A DNA stretch of 64,000 nt from Lachnospiraceae bacterium. GTDB lineage: Bacteria; Bacillota; Clostridia; Lachnospirales; Lachnospiraceae. The stretch is from positions 16,962 through 80,961 of the forward strand of contig JAZQNM010000037.1 in the NCBI GenBank assembly GCA_045627305.1, read 5' to 3'. How positions within the stretch are numbered: position 1 is the first letter of the stretch; each line of letters opens with the position of its first letter. The notes below the pieces were generated by a model, which was not told the origin of the DNA, did not search any database, and was given only the letters and a program-made list of their open reading frames with translations. Positions 63,877-64,000 of the stretch are shown here, in pieces. The position numbers and the translations under genes are program-made.

Positions 63877-64000
63877 TCAGGCTTCCGTTTTAGCTAAACG
63901 GGACAGTTTCTTTGCCTGCTTCTCGGCATACATTATTTTATCGGCTTCTTCAAACATTGTATCCCAGTTACGATCATTTGTCTGATATATGCCAATGCTT
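63877..64000 (-). CDS. C-terminal end of a GGDEF-domain protein (partial, runs off the window)
   Basis: The minus-strand frame gives ..SIGIYQTNDRNWDTMFEEADKIMYAEKQAKKLSRLAKTEA*. The SIG.. and EADxxMYxAK pattern is the typical end of a diguanylate-cyclase domain. Confidence 0.6.
   Translation of the reverse strand, partial: SIGIYQTNDRNWDTMFEEADKIMYAEKQAKKLSRLAKTEA

Noticed and set aside
1-64000. Looked for mobile elements, prophage genes, CRISPR arrays, toxin-antitoxin pairs and classical defence genes (restriction-modification, Abi, CBASS-like).
   Set aside because: I recognised none. The window is core-genome-like. The WYL::HAD locus is the only place with a defence- or stress-module flavour, and it is reported as a hypothesis only.

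Overview
64-kb chromosomal window from a moderate-GC Firmicute. It is probably a Clostridia / Lachnospiraceae-like gut or rumen anaerobe; that guess rests only on gene content, PT-rich linkers and a BspA-type LRR protein. I support about 48 protein genes, mostly + strand housekeeping. In order: TPR/DUF6273 protein; ssrA (tmRNA); small GntR-like regulator-clpC-radA; M14-like lipoprotein; a T-box leader in front of a TIM-barrel::acyl-CoA-synthetase fusion; tRNA-Trp; DUF3048 lipoprotein; DHH phosphoesterase; tgt-yajC; 1000-aa LRR surface protein; PHP phosphoesterase (-); addB-addA; DAG-kinase-like lipid kinase; FGGY kinase (xylB-like); methyltransferase; hslO; M18 aminopeptidase; dut; two COG0523-type NTPases; PT-rich SH3b-like membrane protein; two fused ATPase-FtsX (MacB-like) ABC proteins; nrtR-pncA-pncB; icd and aconitase (-); membrane protein plus WYL::HAD fusion regulator; GNAT (-); CYTH; degenerate ParA/MinD-like protein; degV (-); secDF-recJ; TPP riboswitch-thiT (-); pyrC-pyrF-leuS; and the 3' end of a GGDEF gene (-). 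I found no rRNA, CRISPR array, transposase, integrase or phage genes. Items most worth a second look: (1) a Leu (CUC) T-box controlling an acyl-CoA-ligase fusion, while leuS itself has no leader; (2) a roughly 225-nt promoter-to-terminator structured RNA candidate upstream of addB; (3) a three-hairpin intergenic element with compensatory stem changes, present in 2 clear copies plus 1 degenerate copy, each directly after a terminator; (4) a COG0523 pair, one member with an ~80-aa His/Asp/Cys tract and the other fused to a YcgQ/DUF1980-like CC-motif domain, next to tandem MacB-like ABC proteins; (5) a WYL::HAD-phosphatase fusion regulator co-transcribed with an unknown membrane protein. All homology calls come from motif recognition by eye. 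No database search was run.
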